From contig CAXWPL010000001.1 of NCBI GenBank assembly GCA_963666215.2, forward strand, positions 710,371-774,370: a stretch of 64,000 nucleotides of DNA, given 5' to 3'. Numbering within the stretch: position 1 is the first letter of the stretch; each line of letters begins with the position of its first letter. The position numbers and the translations under genes are program-made. The notes beneath the pieces were generated by a model. That model made no database searches and was not told the origin of the DNA. It worked only from the letters and a program-made list of their open reading frames with translations. Of the stretch, positions 1 to 10,018 are shown piece by piece. This stretch comes from Acidobacteriota bacterium (lineage in GTDB: Bacteria > Acidobacteriota > UBA890 > WLXD01).

Positions 1-160
1 TGGTGGGGCTTCGGGATCGGCGTCGGCGGCCTGTTTTGCGTCCGGCTTGGAGGGGCTCGATTCGGTCATCCGGAGACGATAGCAGCCGGCCCGCCCGAGC
101 TGGGATCGCCAGGGTCCCTGGCGGATCCGGGCTCACCTCCGCGCGTGGGCTCGAGAGGCG

Positions 161-218
161 TTGCTCTTGCCTCATCATGTGAGGTATAGTCGCCGCTACC
201 TCCCCTCATCATATGAGT
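161..218 (+). promoter_or_regulatory. sigma70-like promoter with two palindromic operator-like boxes upstream of padR
   Basis: TTGCTC (161-166), 18 nt, TATAGT (185-190); CCTCA-tcatg-TGAGG (170-184) and CCTCA-tcata-TGAGT (204-218). Confidence 0.6.
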
Positions 219-245
219 CCAACCTTTCCGACTAGCGGAGACAGC

Positions 246-578
246 ATGCGTCGACGGCGTTCTAACCTGCTGCAGGGTACGGTCGAGATCCTCATCCTGC
301 AGATGCTCGACGGCGAGCCCATCCATGGCTACGCGGTGTCGCAGGCCATTCGTGAGCGCACCGACGGTGAGCTCGAGCTCGAGGACGCGGCGCTTTACCA
401 GGCACTGCATCGGCTCGAGGGGCGTGAGCTCGTCACGTCGCGTTGGGGCATCACCGAGAAGCGCCGACGCGCCAAGTATTATGAGCTCACCGACGCCGGC
501 CGCGAGCGGCTACGCACCGAGGTTGTGTCGTGGCGACGCTACGTCGACGCTGTCTCCAAAGTCCTCGAGCCGGTCTGA
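246..578 (+). CDS. PadR family transcriptional regulator (acidobacterial type)
   Basis: LLQGTVEILIL...HGYAVSQAI...ALYQALHRLE...WGITEKRRRAKYYELT; GGAG RBS before ATG 246. Confidence 0.9.
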   Translation: MRRRRSNLLQGTVEILILQMLDGEPIHGYAVSQAIRERTDGELELEDAALYQALHRLEGRELVTSRWGITEKRRRAKYYELTDAGRERLRTEVVSWRRYVDAVSKVLEPV

Positions 579-586
579 GGTTTCCG

Positions 587-3334
587 ATGCCCTCAAATCC
601 TTTTCGTCCGTCGAAGTTCCGCTTCCGGCTACCGTTCCACACCGCTCGACAGGCCGATGGAGACCTCTCTCGGGAGATCGATCACCATCTCGACGAGCGG
701 GTCGACGATCTCATCGCCCAAGGTGTTTCCGAGAGTCAGGCTCGCACGCAGGCGCGGCAAGAGTTTGGCGACCTCGAGGCTACGCGGCGTGGCTACGTTC
801 AGATGTCGGAACGCAAGGACCTGCGGCGGCGCCAGCGTGAGTGGTTTCAGCACCTCCTTCAAGACGTCCGCTACGCCGCCCGCCAGCTGCGGCAGAGCCC
901 CGGCCTGAGCGCCATTACTCTCACCGTTCTGGCGCTCGGCATCGGCGCCAACGTTGCGATCTTCAGTCTGGTCGAGGCGACGCTGCTCCGAGCGCCCTCG
1001 GTGAGCGAACCTGAGCGACTCGTGGCGATGTGGACGACCTGCCGACGCGGCGATGAGCGCTGCTCGTCGTCGTACCCGGACTATCTCGACTTTCGCGACA
1101 GGTCGCGCAGCTTCGACGATCTGGCCGCCTATGACGGGACGGTGGCGACTCTGGGCGGCGACGCCGGTACCACCAGCGAGGCCGAGCTCGCCAACACGGT
1201 GTTCGCCACGGGCAACTACTTCGATCTGCTGGGCCTGCAACCGGTTCGCGGTCGCTTGCTCACGCCGGCCGATGACGATCGCGCCAGCCCAATGCAGGTC
1301 GCCGTTGTGAGCTATCGCCTGTGGCAGCAACGCTTCGGCGGTGCCGATGATGTCGTAGGTTCAACGCTCCGCATCAACAAGGCGCCGTTCACGGTGGTCG
1401 GTGTTCTTCCAGCAGGATTCAACGGCCTCTTCGTCGGCGGTGAGCCCGACGTTGTTGTCCCGCTTCTCACTGCGCCCGTGCTTGGCGAGAGTGGCGTCCC
1501 CGTTGAGATCTTCGCCGAGCGCGCTGCCCGGTGGATCGACCTTACGGTCGGTCGGCTCGCTCCCGGGGTCGACTTCGAAACCGCGCGAACGGAGATGCTC
1601 GCGATCTCCGAGCAGCTGGCTGTCGAGGATCCGGAGGCCCGTGGTCCGCGCTCAGTTCACCTCGAGCCGATCGGCCGTTACCTGCTGCCGACCTTCGGTG
1701 GCTTCGATCTGTCGCGTTTCCTCTTCGTGCTGCTGTCGGTCGTCGGTATGGTCCTGCTGTTGGCCTGCGCCAACCTCGCGAACGTCTATCTGGCGTGCGC
1801 CACAGCCCGGCGGCACGAGATGGGCTTGCGCATGGCGATCGGCGCCAGCCGCGGTCGGCTGGTCCGGCAGTTGTTGACCGAGAGCGTGGTCTTCGCAGCG
1901 ATCGGAGGCGTGCTCGGAATCGCCGCCGCGGCGCTCTCGTTGCGCCTGCTGGCAAGCCCGCAGCTGCCCGGTGGCCTGACGTTGGCGTCGGTTCGGCCCG
2001 CCCTCGATCTCCGTTTGCTCGCCCTTGGCTGCTTGTTGGCTTTGATCACGGGCGCCGCGTTCGGCCTCGTACCGGCGCTTCGGGCGACGCGTGGAACCCG
2101 CGCCAGCCTGCAGGCCGATCTGCGTGGCGCCCGCAGCGGTGACGGCAACGATCGCCTGCACCACGTGCTGATTGCGGCCCAGATCGGGATCTGCGTCGTG
2201 CTCCTTACCGGCTCTGGCCTGTTCCTGCAGGCGGCTCGCAATGGACTGAGCATCGATGTCGGGTTCGCGACCGACGGGTTGGCGGTGGCGCGCTTCGACC
2301 TCTCGAGCCTGCAGTACGAGCCAGCCGCGGCCCGCGAGTTCACCGACGCGCTTGTGGCTCGCATCGAGGCACTGCCGGGCGTAACCGGCGCCAGTGTCAG
2401 CACCCGTGTCCCGGTTACCGACAGCGCCGGCACAGCCACGATGTTGAGCGCGGTTCAGGGTTATGAGCCGGCGCCCGACGAGGAGCTCAGGCTCGAGTAT
2501 GCCCACGTCGCGCCCGGCTATTTCGAGGCCCTGGGCTTGCCGGTGGTCCGCGGCCGTACATTCGAGGCTGCCGATGACCAGAGTCGCCCGCGGGCGATGG
2601 TGATCAACCAGACGATGGCGCGTGCTTGGTGGCCCGACGGCAACGCCGTGGGCGGGATGGTCACGCTGGGCGAGGCGCAGATCGAGGTCATTGGTGTTGT
2701 CGCCGACGCGAAGTGGGACGATGGCCTGCGGGTTGACGGCTATCCGTTCGGGTTCTTTGCCTTGGCGCAGGGCAGCGAAGGCACCGTCGCGCATCAACGT
2801 CCGATCAATCTGGTCGTTCGGGGCGCCAACATCAAACAGCTGTTGCCCGCCGTGCGACGCGAGATCCAACTGCTCGATGGCGACCTGGCGCTGTCGAGCT
2901 TGCAGACCATGGGCCGCGTTCTGGACCAGGTGTTGGCGCCGCAGCGGGCTGGCGCGGCCTTATTCAGCGGTTTCAGCCTGTTGGCATTGACGCTCGCGGC
3001 AGTCGGAATCTACGGCGTGGTGAGCTACAGCGTTGGGCGGCGGACGCGCGAGATGGGCATCCACTTGGCGCTCGGGGCCAGCTCGCGCGACGTCGTGAGC
3101 CTGGTTGCGCGCGGCATTGTCATACCGGTCGTTGCCGGGTTGGCGGCGGGCCTGGCGGCAGCGCTCGCGCTGTCGCGAGCCGTGGAGGGGTTCATGTACG
3201 ACGTGACCCCTGGCGATCCGCTGACGCTCGCGGTCGTACTGGGGTTGCTCGCACTCGCCGCAGCGGTTGCGACAGCGATCCCGGCACGTCGCGCCGGTCG
3301 TGTAGATCCGGTGGTCACGCTCGCGGCCGAGTAG
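587..3334 (+). CDS. duplicated orphan ABC permease (ADOP; MacB/FtsX-type domains twice)
   Basis: QDVRYAARQLRQSPG, LALGIGANVAIFS, LLLACANLAN, R..EMGLRMAIGASRGRL, C-terminal PARRAGRVDP; directly after padR. Confidence 0.92.
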   Translation: MPSNPFRPSKFRFRLPFHTARQADGDLSREIDHHLDERVDDLIAQGVSESQARTQARQEFGDLEATRRGYVQMSERKDLRRRQREWFQHLLQDVRYAARQLRQSPGLSAITLTVLALGIGANVAIFSLVEATLLRAPSVSEPERLVAMWTTCRRGDERCSSSYPDYLDFRDRSRSFDDLAAYDGTVATLGGDAGTTSEAELANTVFATGNYFDLLGLQPVRGRLLTPADDDRASPMQVAVVSYRLWQQRFGGADDVVGSTLRINKAPFTVVGVLPAGFNGLFVGGEPDVVVPLLTAPVLGESGVPVEIFAERAARWIDLTVGRLAPGVDFETARTEMLAISEQLAVEDPEARGPRSVHLEPIGRYLLPTFGGFDLSRFLFVLLSVVGMVLLLACANLANVYLACATARRHEMGLRMAIGASRGRLVRQLLTESVVFAAIGGVLGIAAAALSLRLLASPQLPGGLTLASVRPALDLRLLALGCLLALITGAAFGLVPALRATRGTRASLQADLRGARSGDGNDRLHHVLIAAQIGICVVLLTGSGLFLQAARNGLSIDVGFATDGLAVARFDLSSLQYEPAAAREFTDALVARIEALPGVTGASVSTRVPVTDSAGTATMLSAVQGYEPAPDEELRLEYAHVAPGYFEALGLPVVRGRTFEAADDQSRPRAMVINQTMARAWWPDGNAVGGMVTLGEAQIEVIGVVADAKWDDGLRVDGYPFGFFALAQGSEGTVAHQRPINLVVRGANIKQLLPAVRREIQLLDGDLALSSLQTMGRVLDQVLAPQRAGAALFSGFSLLALTLAAVGIYGVVSYSVGRRTREMGIHLALGASSRDVVSLVARGIVIPVVAGLAAGLAAALALSRAVEGFMYDVTPGDPLTLAVVLGLLALAAAVATAIPARRAGRVDPVVTLAAE

Positions 3335-3442
3335 CCAGACCTGGTCGAATCAAGCGTGAATCGGCGAGTCGGCCTGGCGCGATGGGGAGTGGGCGAGTAA
3401 GAATCGAGGTCCTCACGCTGACGAGTCTGCGCTCCGAACCTT

Positions 3443-4516
3443 TTGGATGGCAGTCCGCGCGGCGGTGGGTCCACCACGTTGACATCCCCCGACCTACCGG
3501 AGGTCACACCCATGCGCCCTGCCGTCTCTTCCAGCGCCCGCGTCGCGCCCAGCCGGCGCCATGACGATGGGTCCGCGGTGTCGAGGGCCACGGGCGTCGC
3601 CACGGCCGCGATCGCCGTTCTCGGGGCGATCACGATCTCCCTAGCCGTCGAACCGCTAGGGGCCGAGGCCGCACAATCCAGTCGTGCGGTATCGAGAACC
3701 GAGCGGGCGGTCAAGTACATCTCTGACAACCGACCGACCGAAGCGCTCAAGGAACTCGACCTGGCGATCGAGGACGACCCGGAGTATTGGGAGGCCCACT
3801 ATCAGCGCGGTCGCTTGCTGGGCCAGATGCAGCGCATGGACGAAGCGTTGCCGTCGCTGCTTCGCGCAACCGAGCTCAACCCTGCGATGGCGCACGCACA
3901 CGAGCTGGCTGCGATCGCCGCCTGGGAGACCGACGAGTACGAGGTTGCCTGGGATCAGGTGATCCAGGCGCATCTCGGCGGCGCTCAGGTCGAAGAGCGT
4001 ATCCAGCGTATGGCCGGAGTGCGCCCTCCACCCGACGACTTCATGGAGCGGATCACCGCGCCGCGCGGGTTCGTTCTACCGCTCGACCTGGAGGAAATCC
4101 AGACTCGCGCCGAGCTCCCGTTCGACCGCAATGCGCAGGTCCGTGACGACGAGAACCGCAGCGGAATCCCGGAAAACATCCTCGGGCGAGACCTGGCCAT
4201 CGAGACCGCCGCCGAGCAGGTCGACGTGCTCACGGCCTTCAGTAACGCGCTCGCCGACTCCCGCGTGTACGGCGTCGTTTCCGACCCGCGACTGGCGGAG
4301 TACATGCTGCGCATCTCCGTCGACGAGCTCGCCGAGCGCCCACCGCGCCGCATGGAGGGCTTTCTCGACCTGGTCGGCCGGGAAAGCGGGATCTCGGGCT
4401 ACCGCACCGCCTTCACGTTCCGCGACATCGGCTCCAAAGGAGTTCTTCGCGGCGAGATCGCGCGCCTCGTGGACGACATGGGGGATTGGCTGCGTAAGCT
4501 GCGCGCTTCTCAATAG
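3443..4516 (+). CDS. exported TPR-repeat protein with unknown C-terminal domain (start uncertain)
   Basis: Hydrophobic N-terminal segment; TPR-like helices (EALKELDLAIEDDPEYWEAHYQRG; EALPSLLRATELNP). Confidence 0.7.
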   Translation: MDGSPRGGGSTTLTSPDLPEVTPMRPAVSSSARVAPSRRHDDGSAVSRATGVATAAIAVLGAITISLAVEPLGAEAAQSSRAVSRTERAVKYISDNRPTEALKELDLAIEDDPEYWEAHYQRGRLLGQMQRMDEALPSLLRATELNPAMAHAHELAAIAAWETDEYEVAWDQVIQAHLGGAQVEERIQRMAGVRPPPDDFMERITAPRGFVLPLDLEEIQTRAELPFDRNAQVRDDENRSGIPENILGRDLAIETAAEQVDVLTAFSNALADSRVYGVVSDPRLAEYMLRISVDELAERPPRRMEGFLDLVGRESGISGYRTAFTFRDIGSKGVLRGEIARLVDDMGDWLRKLRASQ

Positions 4517-4568
4517 TAGGGCGCTGGCGACGGTTGCTGGAGGGCGCGAGGGCGCGCTGCAGAGAGCC

Positions 4569-4940
4569 TCACGCCTGCGGCCCCGCGTCGTCCGAATCGG
4601 TTTCAACCGTGTACTCGACCGCGATGATGTCGGGACGCGACCTCGTGGCCTTCGTCGCGGCGCCCGTTGAGGCCACGCGGCGGCCTCTCCGCCGTAGCCA
4701 CTGCACTCGAATCAATCCCACAACGAGCAACACCGCGCCGACCACCAGGAAAACGGAAAACAGAAAGCCGGCGAGTACCAGCAGCACGATCCCGACGAGC
4801 GTCGCCATCAGGCGTCCGGCGAGCCCCCTCGGAGCGAAGGTGACAACGCGGGCGTCGGTCACCGCGCCGCCTCCGTATGCTGTTTTCGAAGCTGGTCCAT
4901 ACCGACAGTCTACTGCCGTCAAGCGCCCGCGTAACGGCAA
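4569..4940 (-). CDS. small membrane protein, hypothetical (start uncertain)
   Basis: Long hydrophobic stretch LMATLVGIVLLVLAGFLFSVFLVVGAVLLVVGLI followed by basic residues; fills the intergenic gap. Confidence 0.5.
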   Translation of the reverse strand: MPLRGRLTAVDCRYGPASKTAYGGGAVTDARVVTFAPRGLAGRLMATLVGIVLLVLAGFLFSVFLVVGAVLLVVGLIRVQWLRRRGRRVASTGAATKATRSRPDIIAVEYTVETDSDDAGPQA

Positions 4941-5090
4941 TCGGAGGTTCGCGGCCGTGCAGTTCGACGACCGCGTGGTGTCCCCAGAGACGCGCGTCGT
5001 CGATGCCGACCCGACTCAGACCAGATGGCGATGTCACCTAGAATCAGCCGATCACGATGAACTGCACCCTCACCCGGAGCCCAGACGACA

Positions 5091-5993
5091 ATGATCGACG
5101 CACTGCGCACTCCCGAGGAAAGCTTCATCGACATCCCCGACTTCGATTGGGCGCCCAACTACGTCGACGACCTTCCGGGGTACGAGGGGCTGCGTATGCA
5201 CCTCATCGATGAGGGCCCACCGCTCGCCGAGAACGTCTTTCTCTGTCTGCACGGCGAGCCGACTTGGAGCTTCCTCTATCGAAAGATGATTGCGGTCTTT
5301 CTCGAGGCCGGCGGCCGGGTTGTGGCTCCCGACTTCTTCGGCTTTGGCCGCTCCGACAAGCCGGTGGACGACGCCGTTTACACGTTCGACTTCCATCGCG
5401 ACGCGCTGATCGCGTTGCTCGAGCAGCGTCAGCTGCAGAGCATGACCCTGGTGTGCCAGGACTGGGGCGGCCTCATTGGTCTGACCTTGCCGATGGACAT
5501 GCGCGATCGTTTCGATCGCATGATCGTCATGAACACAACGCTCGGAACCGGCGACGTGCCGTTGCCCGCGAGTTTCCACGCCTGGCGTCAATACGTGCGC
5601 GACAACCCCGACTTCAACATCACATCGCTCATGAAAAGAGCCTGCCCCACGTTGACCGAGCGCGAGCTCGCCGCCTACGAAGCGCCGTTTCCAGACACTC
5701 GATACTGCGCTGGCGTGCGGCGGTTTCCCGCCATCGTTCCGGCGCATCCCGACGATCCCGGCGCCGCGGTTTCGCGTCGTGCCCGCGACTTCTTGTCGTC
5801 GACGTGGTCGGGGGCGACATTCATGGCAGTGGGAGCCCAGGACCCGGTGCTGGGAGAGCCCGTCATGCGCGCGCTCCATTCGATGATCAACGGCTGCTCC
5901 GAGCCGCTCGTGATCGACGAAGCCGGCCATTTCGCGCAAGAGCATGGCGACGTGATCGCCGCCAAAGCGCTCGAGTACTTCGCCGACCTCTGA
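5091..5993 (+). CDS. haloalkane dehalogenase (alpha/beta hydrolase, DhlA-like)
   Basis: LRTPEESF N-terminus, HGEPTWSFLYRKM, GFGRSDKP, nucleophile elbow QDWGG, GAQDPVLG, AGHF. Confidence 0.9.
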   Translation: MIDALRTPEESFIDIPDFDWAPNYVDDLPGYEGLRMHLIDEGPPLAENVFLCLHGEPTWSFLYRKMIAVFLEAGGRVVAPDFFGFGRSDKPVDDAVYTFDFHRDALIALLEQRQLQSMTLVCQDWGGLIGLTLPMDMRDRFDRMIVMNTTLGTGDVPLPASFHAWRQYVRDNPDFNITSLMKRACPTLTERELAAYEAPFPDTRYCAGVRRFPAIVPAHPDDPGAAVSRRARDFLSSTWSGATFMAVGAQDPVLGEPVMRALHSMINGCSEPLVIDEAGHFAQEHGDVIAAKALEYFADL

Positions 5994-6154
5994 CGGTTGG
6001 CGGCCGCAGCTTGTCCGCGAGCCTCCGAGCGTTCGCCGTGGAATTCACATAGCCCGTGGCCGTCTCACTGGGGTAGGGGACCCCTGGGAGGGTTGAGTTC
6101 CGCAACCGGGGTCAACCGGGTCTTCTCTCTCGATCTCAGATGACTATAGGAATT

Positions 6155-6174
6155 GACCATGGTCGTGATAGATT
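6155..6174 (+). promoter_or_regulatory. operator palindrome and extended -10 of the toxin-antitoxin operon (probably leaderless)
   Basis: GACCATGGTC palindrome (6155-6164); TGnTAGATT ending 6 nt before ATG 6181. Confidence 0.45.
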
Positions 6175-6180
6175 CACGTC

Positions 6181-6474
6181 ATGGAAAAGATGGCGATCTC
6201 GGAGTTCAAGGCGACCTGCCTGGCGGTTCTGGAGCGGGTTCGTCGCACCGGCCAGCCGCTGCTGGTTACGCGGCGCGGTGAGCCGGTGGCTCAGGTAGTA
6301 CCGCCGCCCGTCGACGTGGGTCCCGAGAGCGTCTTCGGATGCATGGCCGGGACGATTGAGCTTCTCGGCGACATCGTCGGGCCGGCGCTCGATCCGAGCG
6401 ACTGGGAGGTTTTGCACGATCCGGACGCCGTACTCGATCCCGAGGTCCGCCGGTCGCTCGATTCCGAATCGTGA
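6181..6474 (+). CDS. Phd/YefM family antitoxin
   Basis: MAISEFKATCLAVLERVRRTGQPLLVTRRGEPVAQVVP. Confidence 0.88.
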   Translation: MEKMAISEFKATCLAVLERVRRTGQPLLVTRRGEPVAQVVPPPVDVGPESVFGCMAGTIELLGDIVGPALDPSDWEVLHDPDAVLDPEVRRSLDSES

Positions 6475-6481
6475 GCGGTGC

Positions 6482-6871
6482 GTGAGGGGCTACCTGCTCG
6501 ATACTCATGTTTGGTGCTGGTACGTAACGGGCTCCGATCGACTGGCCGACGCGCACCGGCGGAGAATCGAGGATGCGCCCGCCGAGTGCTGGTTATCGCC
6601 GATCTCGTGCTGGGAGCTCGGTCTGCTCGTCTCCAAAGGTCGCCTGCGTGTTGATCGTCCGTTCGTCGATTGGCTCGCCGCCGCGCGTCGCCTATTCCCT
6701 GTGCAGGAAGCGGCGCTGAACATCGAAGTCGCCGCGGCCTCGCTCGCCATCGGGCTGCCCCACCAAGACCCCGCCGATCGGTTCCTGGCGGCCACGGCCC
6801 AGGTGTTCGAACTCATCCTGCTGACCAGCGATCGCCACCTGCTCGAAGCCGCGGGTGTCGAAACGCTCTAG
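6482..6871 (+). CDS. vapC: PIN-domain VapC toxin
   Basis: YLLDTHVWCW, SPISCWEL, HQDPADRFLAATA, LLTSD; GTG start just after the antitoxin. Confidence 0.88.
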   Translation: MRGYLLDTHVWCWYVTGSDRLADAHRRRIEDAPAECWLSPISCWELGLLVSKGRLRVDRPFVDWLAAARRLFPVQEAALNIEVAAASLAIGLPHQDPADRFLAATAQVFELILLTSDRHLLEAAGVETL

Positions 6872-6947
6872 CTACCGCGGGCCAGCGGGCACTCCAGCCG
6901 GCAGGAGACGGCCCCGCTTCCGCGCAAGAATGGCGTCGACGTCGCGC

Positions 6948-8189
6948 TCATCCCGCTTCTCTCCAGATCGTCGCGAGGCGTCGAATGCCCTCGCGGATCA
7001 GTGTCGGCTCGGTGGCGAAGCTGAGGCGGAAATGGCCGCTGGCGCTTCTGCCGCTTTCGGTGTCGAACCCGAACGCGCTGCCGGGGATGAGGACGACGCC
7101 GGCCTCGTCGCGGGCGCGCAGGCAGAAAGTCATCGCGTCGCTCCCTGATCCAACGGAATTCAGGTGGGGCAGGGGCAGCCAGGAGTAGAAGCCGCCGTCC
7201 GGCTCGATGGGCGCGACATCCGGTAGGTGCTCGGCCATCGCTTCGCGGAGTGCCGACCATCGCACCCGGAGCTGGCGGCGTCCTTCTTCGAGCACCGGCT
7301 CGCCGGCGCGCAGAAGAGCAGTTGCTGCGCGTTGCGACGGGGTTGCGGCCGCGATGACCGTGAAGCCCTGGACGACGCGGGCCGGCTGCAGCCAGCGGGG
7401 ATCGCCGACGCACCAGCCGATGCGAAGGCCAGGGGCCGCCCATGCTTTGCTGAGCGATTCTACGACTACGCCGAGGCCTGTTTCTCGCAGGCTCGGCTGA
7501 GGCTGACCTATCGTCAGCTCGCGGTAGACCTCATCGGAGATCAGCAGCAAGCTGCGCTCTTCGCAGGCTTCCGCCACGCGCCGGAGCTGGTTGGTGGTTG
7601 CGCCACCACCGGTAGGGTTCGACGGGTGATTCAGGACAACCACTTTCAGTCGCTCGGTGTCGAGCCGGGAGATGATTTCGTCGGCGTCGAGTCGGTAGTT
7701 GACACGCCCATCGAAATTCGTCGCGACCAGTGGGTAGGGGATCGGTTCGGCGTCGCACAGGCGAGCTAGCGTCGGGTAGGCGACGAAGCCGGGGTCGGGC
7801 ACCAGGACGCGGTCGCCGATGCCGAGCCACGCGGTGAAGAGGTTGGCGAACGCACCCTCGGCGCCACAGGTTACGAATACTTCTGCGTGTGTCACTCGAT
7901 GGCGTTCGGCGAGCGCGTCGCGAATCTCTTCGAGTCCGGCGTGAGGGCTGTATCCGCAGTTTCCAGAGCCCTGCCCGACGAGAGCTTGCCAGCCGACCTC
8001 AGCCATGGGCCAGCCGGGCTGCCCAAGGCCGAGCGGGATGGCGCCAGGAGGTGCTCCCTCACTTATGGTGCGTATCGGCGAGGTCTCGATGCCTCGAAGA
8101 CGTCCCGCGACCGGCATTGCACCGACAGGTTTTGTCTGGTGGGTCGCTTGATCGGTTCCGGGTCCGGTCGGTGCCGTGGTCGGGTTCAT
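6948..8189 (-). CDS. class I/II PLP aminotransferase, probable DapC role in the dap operon
   Basis: NHPSNPTG, ISDEVY, SLSKAWAAPGLRIG; ATG 8189 overlaps the dapD stop (ATGA). Confidence 0.8.
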   Translation of the reverse strand: MNPTTAPTGPGTDQATHQTKPVGAMPVAGRLRGIETSPIRTISEGAPPGAIPLGLGQPGWPMAEVGWQALVGQGSGNCGYSPHAGLEEIRDALAERHRVTHAEVFVTCGAEGAFANLFTAWLGIGDRVLVPDPGFVAYPTLARLCDAEPIPYPLVATNFDGRVNYRLDADEIISRLDTERLKVVVLNHPSNPTGGGATTNQLRRVAEACEERSLLLISDEVYRELTIGQPQPSLRETGLGVVVESLSKAWAAPGLRIGWCVGDPRWLQPARVVQGFTVIAAATPSQRAATALLRAGEPVLEEGRRQLRVRWSALREAMAEHLPDVAPIEPDGGFYSWLPLPHLNSVGSGSDAMTFCLRARDEAGVVLIPGSAFGFDTESGRSASGHFRLSFATEPTLIREGIRRLATIWREAG

Positions 8190-9001
8190 CGGAGAGCGCC
8201 TTCGAGTGCGGTGGCCGCGTCGGTGCTTTGGTCGCGGTATTTGACGATTACGGGGGCCGATAGCTGCAGGCCGTGGTCGCGCGCATAGTCGCCGCGCGCC
8301 GGCCTCGATCCAGGAACCACGACCGCGTTGGCGGGCACCTCGTGGCGTATCTCGTGGCCGTTGACGAGATCGAAGATCACGGTCGAGCCGGTGAGCGTGA
8401 CACCGGGCGCGAGCACCGCGCCAGCGCGCACAACGACTCCCTCGAAGATGCCGCAGAGGGCGCCGATGAAAGCGCCATCTTCCACCACGACCGGCAGCGC
8501 GCCGGCGGGTTCGAGCACGCCGCCGATTTGCGCTCCGGCCGACAGGTGAACGCGTGCGCCGACCTGGGCGCACGAGCCGACCAGGGCGTGGCTGTCGACC
8601 ATCGTCGCGTCGCCGACCCAGGCCCCGACGTTGATGTACGCGGGCGGCATGACCACGACGTTCGCACCGAGCCGCACCCCACGGCGGATGCTCGAACCGC
8701 CGGGCACGAGGCGAACACCGTCGCTGAGCTGAAGCGCGCGGGCGGGATAGCTCGCCTTGTCGATGTAGTCGAACCCCGGCCCCGGCATCGCTGCGGTTTC
8801 GCCGCGCCGGAAGCCGATCAGAATCGCGCGCTTCACCCAGGTGTTGGCGCTCCAGTTGCCGGCTGCGTTGGGCTCGGCGGCCCGAACGTCGCCGGCCTCG
8901 AGAGCGGCCAACAGGGCTTCGTGGGCCGCGGGCCAGTTGGCATCAACGGCGAGCTCGCCGTCGTCGCGCTCGTAAAAAGCTTGAAGCTCCCCGACGGTCA
9001 T
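8186..9001 (-). CDS. dapD: tetrahydrodipicolinate N-succinyltransferase
   Basis: WVKRAILIGFR, VRLVPGGSSIRRG, YINVGAWVG, VGSCAQVG, QIGGVLEP hexapeptide region. Confidence 0.95.
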   Translation of the reverse strand: MTVGELQAFYERDDGELAVDANWPAAHEALLAALEAGDVRAAEPNAAGNWSANTWVKRAILIGFRRGETAAMPGPGFDYIDKASYPARALQLSDGVRLVPGGSSIRRGVRLGANVVVMPPAYINVGAWVGDATMVDSHALVGSCAQVGARVHLSAGAQIGGVLEPAGALPVVVEDGAFIGALCGIFEGVVVRAGAVLAPGVTLTGSTVIFDLVNGHEIRHEVPANAVVVPGSRPARGDYARDHGLQLSAPVIVKYRDQSTDAATALEGALR

Positions 9002-9111
9002 CTCGTTGTTTCCGCACCTCGTGATTGGGTCATGCGCCAGGTCGGTGATCGCGCTGTTTCGCAGCCTCCAATACTCCGATCTGGGGACGCCGCGATCTAG
9101 CCCGAATGTTG

Positions 9112-10002
9112 CTAGCTCGAGCCAAGTGCGCCGAGACTCTCGAGCGCGTCCCTGACACCGCGTCGCGTCGACTCACTCGCCGGCGCCAGTGGCGCGCGCA
9201 CCACCTCGGTCGCCAACCCGAGCATCGCGAGGCCGGCCTTGAGCGGGATCGGATTCGACTCGGCGAACAGTGCGTCCATGAGCGGCAGCAAGCGGTGGAA
9301 CGTGCTCCGGGCAGTGCCGACATCGCTCCGTCGGGCTGCGTCGACCATGACCTTGGTGGGCGCAGGAAGCAGATTGCCGACCACCGACACGAGGCCCGCG
9401 GCGCCAACGGCGATCGCCGCAACCGCCATGTTGTCGTCACCCGCCAGCAAACCTTTTCCCGCGGGCAGCGTGCGAGCGATCTCGGCGATCTGCGGCAGGT
9501 CGCCCGACGACTCCTTCACCGCCACCACCTGGGGGTTGTCCCAGAGCCGGGTGAGTGTCAACGGTGCGAGGTTGAGCCCTGTGCGACCCGGAACGTTGTA
9601 GACGATCAGCGGCAGGTCGGGGGCCGCAGCGGCCACCGCTTCGTAGTGCCGTACGAGGCCATCCGGCGTTGGTTTGTTGTAGTAGGGCGTCACCACGAGC
9701 GCGCCGGCGGCACCGAGGTCGGCGGCGCGCCGCGTCATCTCCACCGCTTGCGCAGTGGCGTTGTGCCCGGTTCCCACCACCACGGGTTGACCTTCGGCGG
9801 CCTCGATGCAGGCTCGAATCGCGATATCGCGTTCGCCGGCGGTCAAGACGGCGGCCTCGCCGGTCGAGCCGAGGGCGACCAGGAAGTCCACCTCGCCTGC
9901 CACGACGTGCGAAACGAGTCTCTGATAGGCATCGATATCGAGCTCGCCGTGCTGGGTGAAGGGCGTCGCGAGCGCTACGGCGAGGCCAGTGAAAATGCTC
10001 AT
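9112..10002 (-). CDS. dapA: 4-hydroxy-tetrahydrodipicolinate synthase
   Basis: ALATPF, GSTGE, PYYNKP, YNVPGRTG, VKESSG, ESNPIPLK. Confidence 0.95.
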   Translation of the reverse strand: MSIFTGLAVALATPFTQHGELDIDAYQRLVSHVVAGEVDFLVALGSTGEAAVLTAGERDIAIRACIEAAEGQPVVVGTGHNATAQAVEMTRRAADLGAAGALVVTPYYNKPTPDGLVRHYEAVAAAAPDLPLIVYNVPGRTGLNLAPLTLTRLWDNPQVVAVKESSGDLPQIAEIARTLPAGKGLLAGDDNMAVAAIAVGAAGLVSVVGNLLPAPTKVMVDAARRSDVGTARSTFHRLLPLMDALFAESNPIPLKAGLAMLGLATEVVRAPLAPASESTRRGVRDALESLGALGSS

Positions 10003-10018
10003 GCTTGTTTCCTGTTTC

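Noticed and set aside
1-69. Start of a minus-strand gene running off the window (ATG at 69)
   Set aside because: Only 23 low-complexity codons are visible, which is not enough to call.
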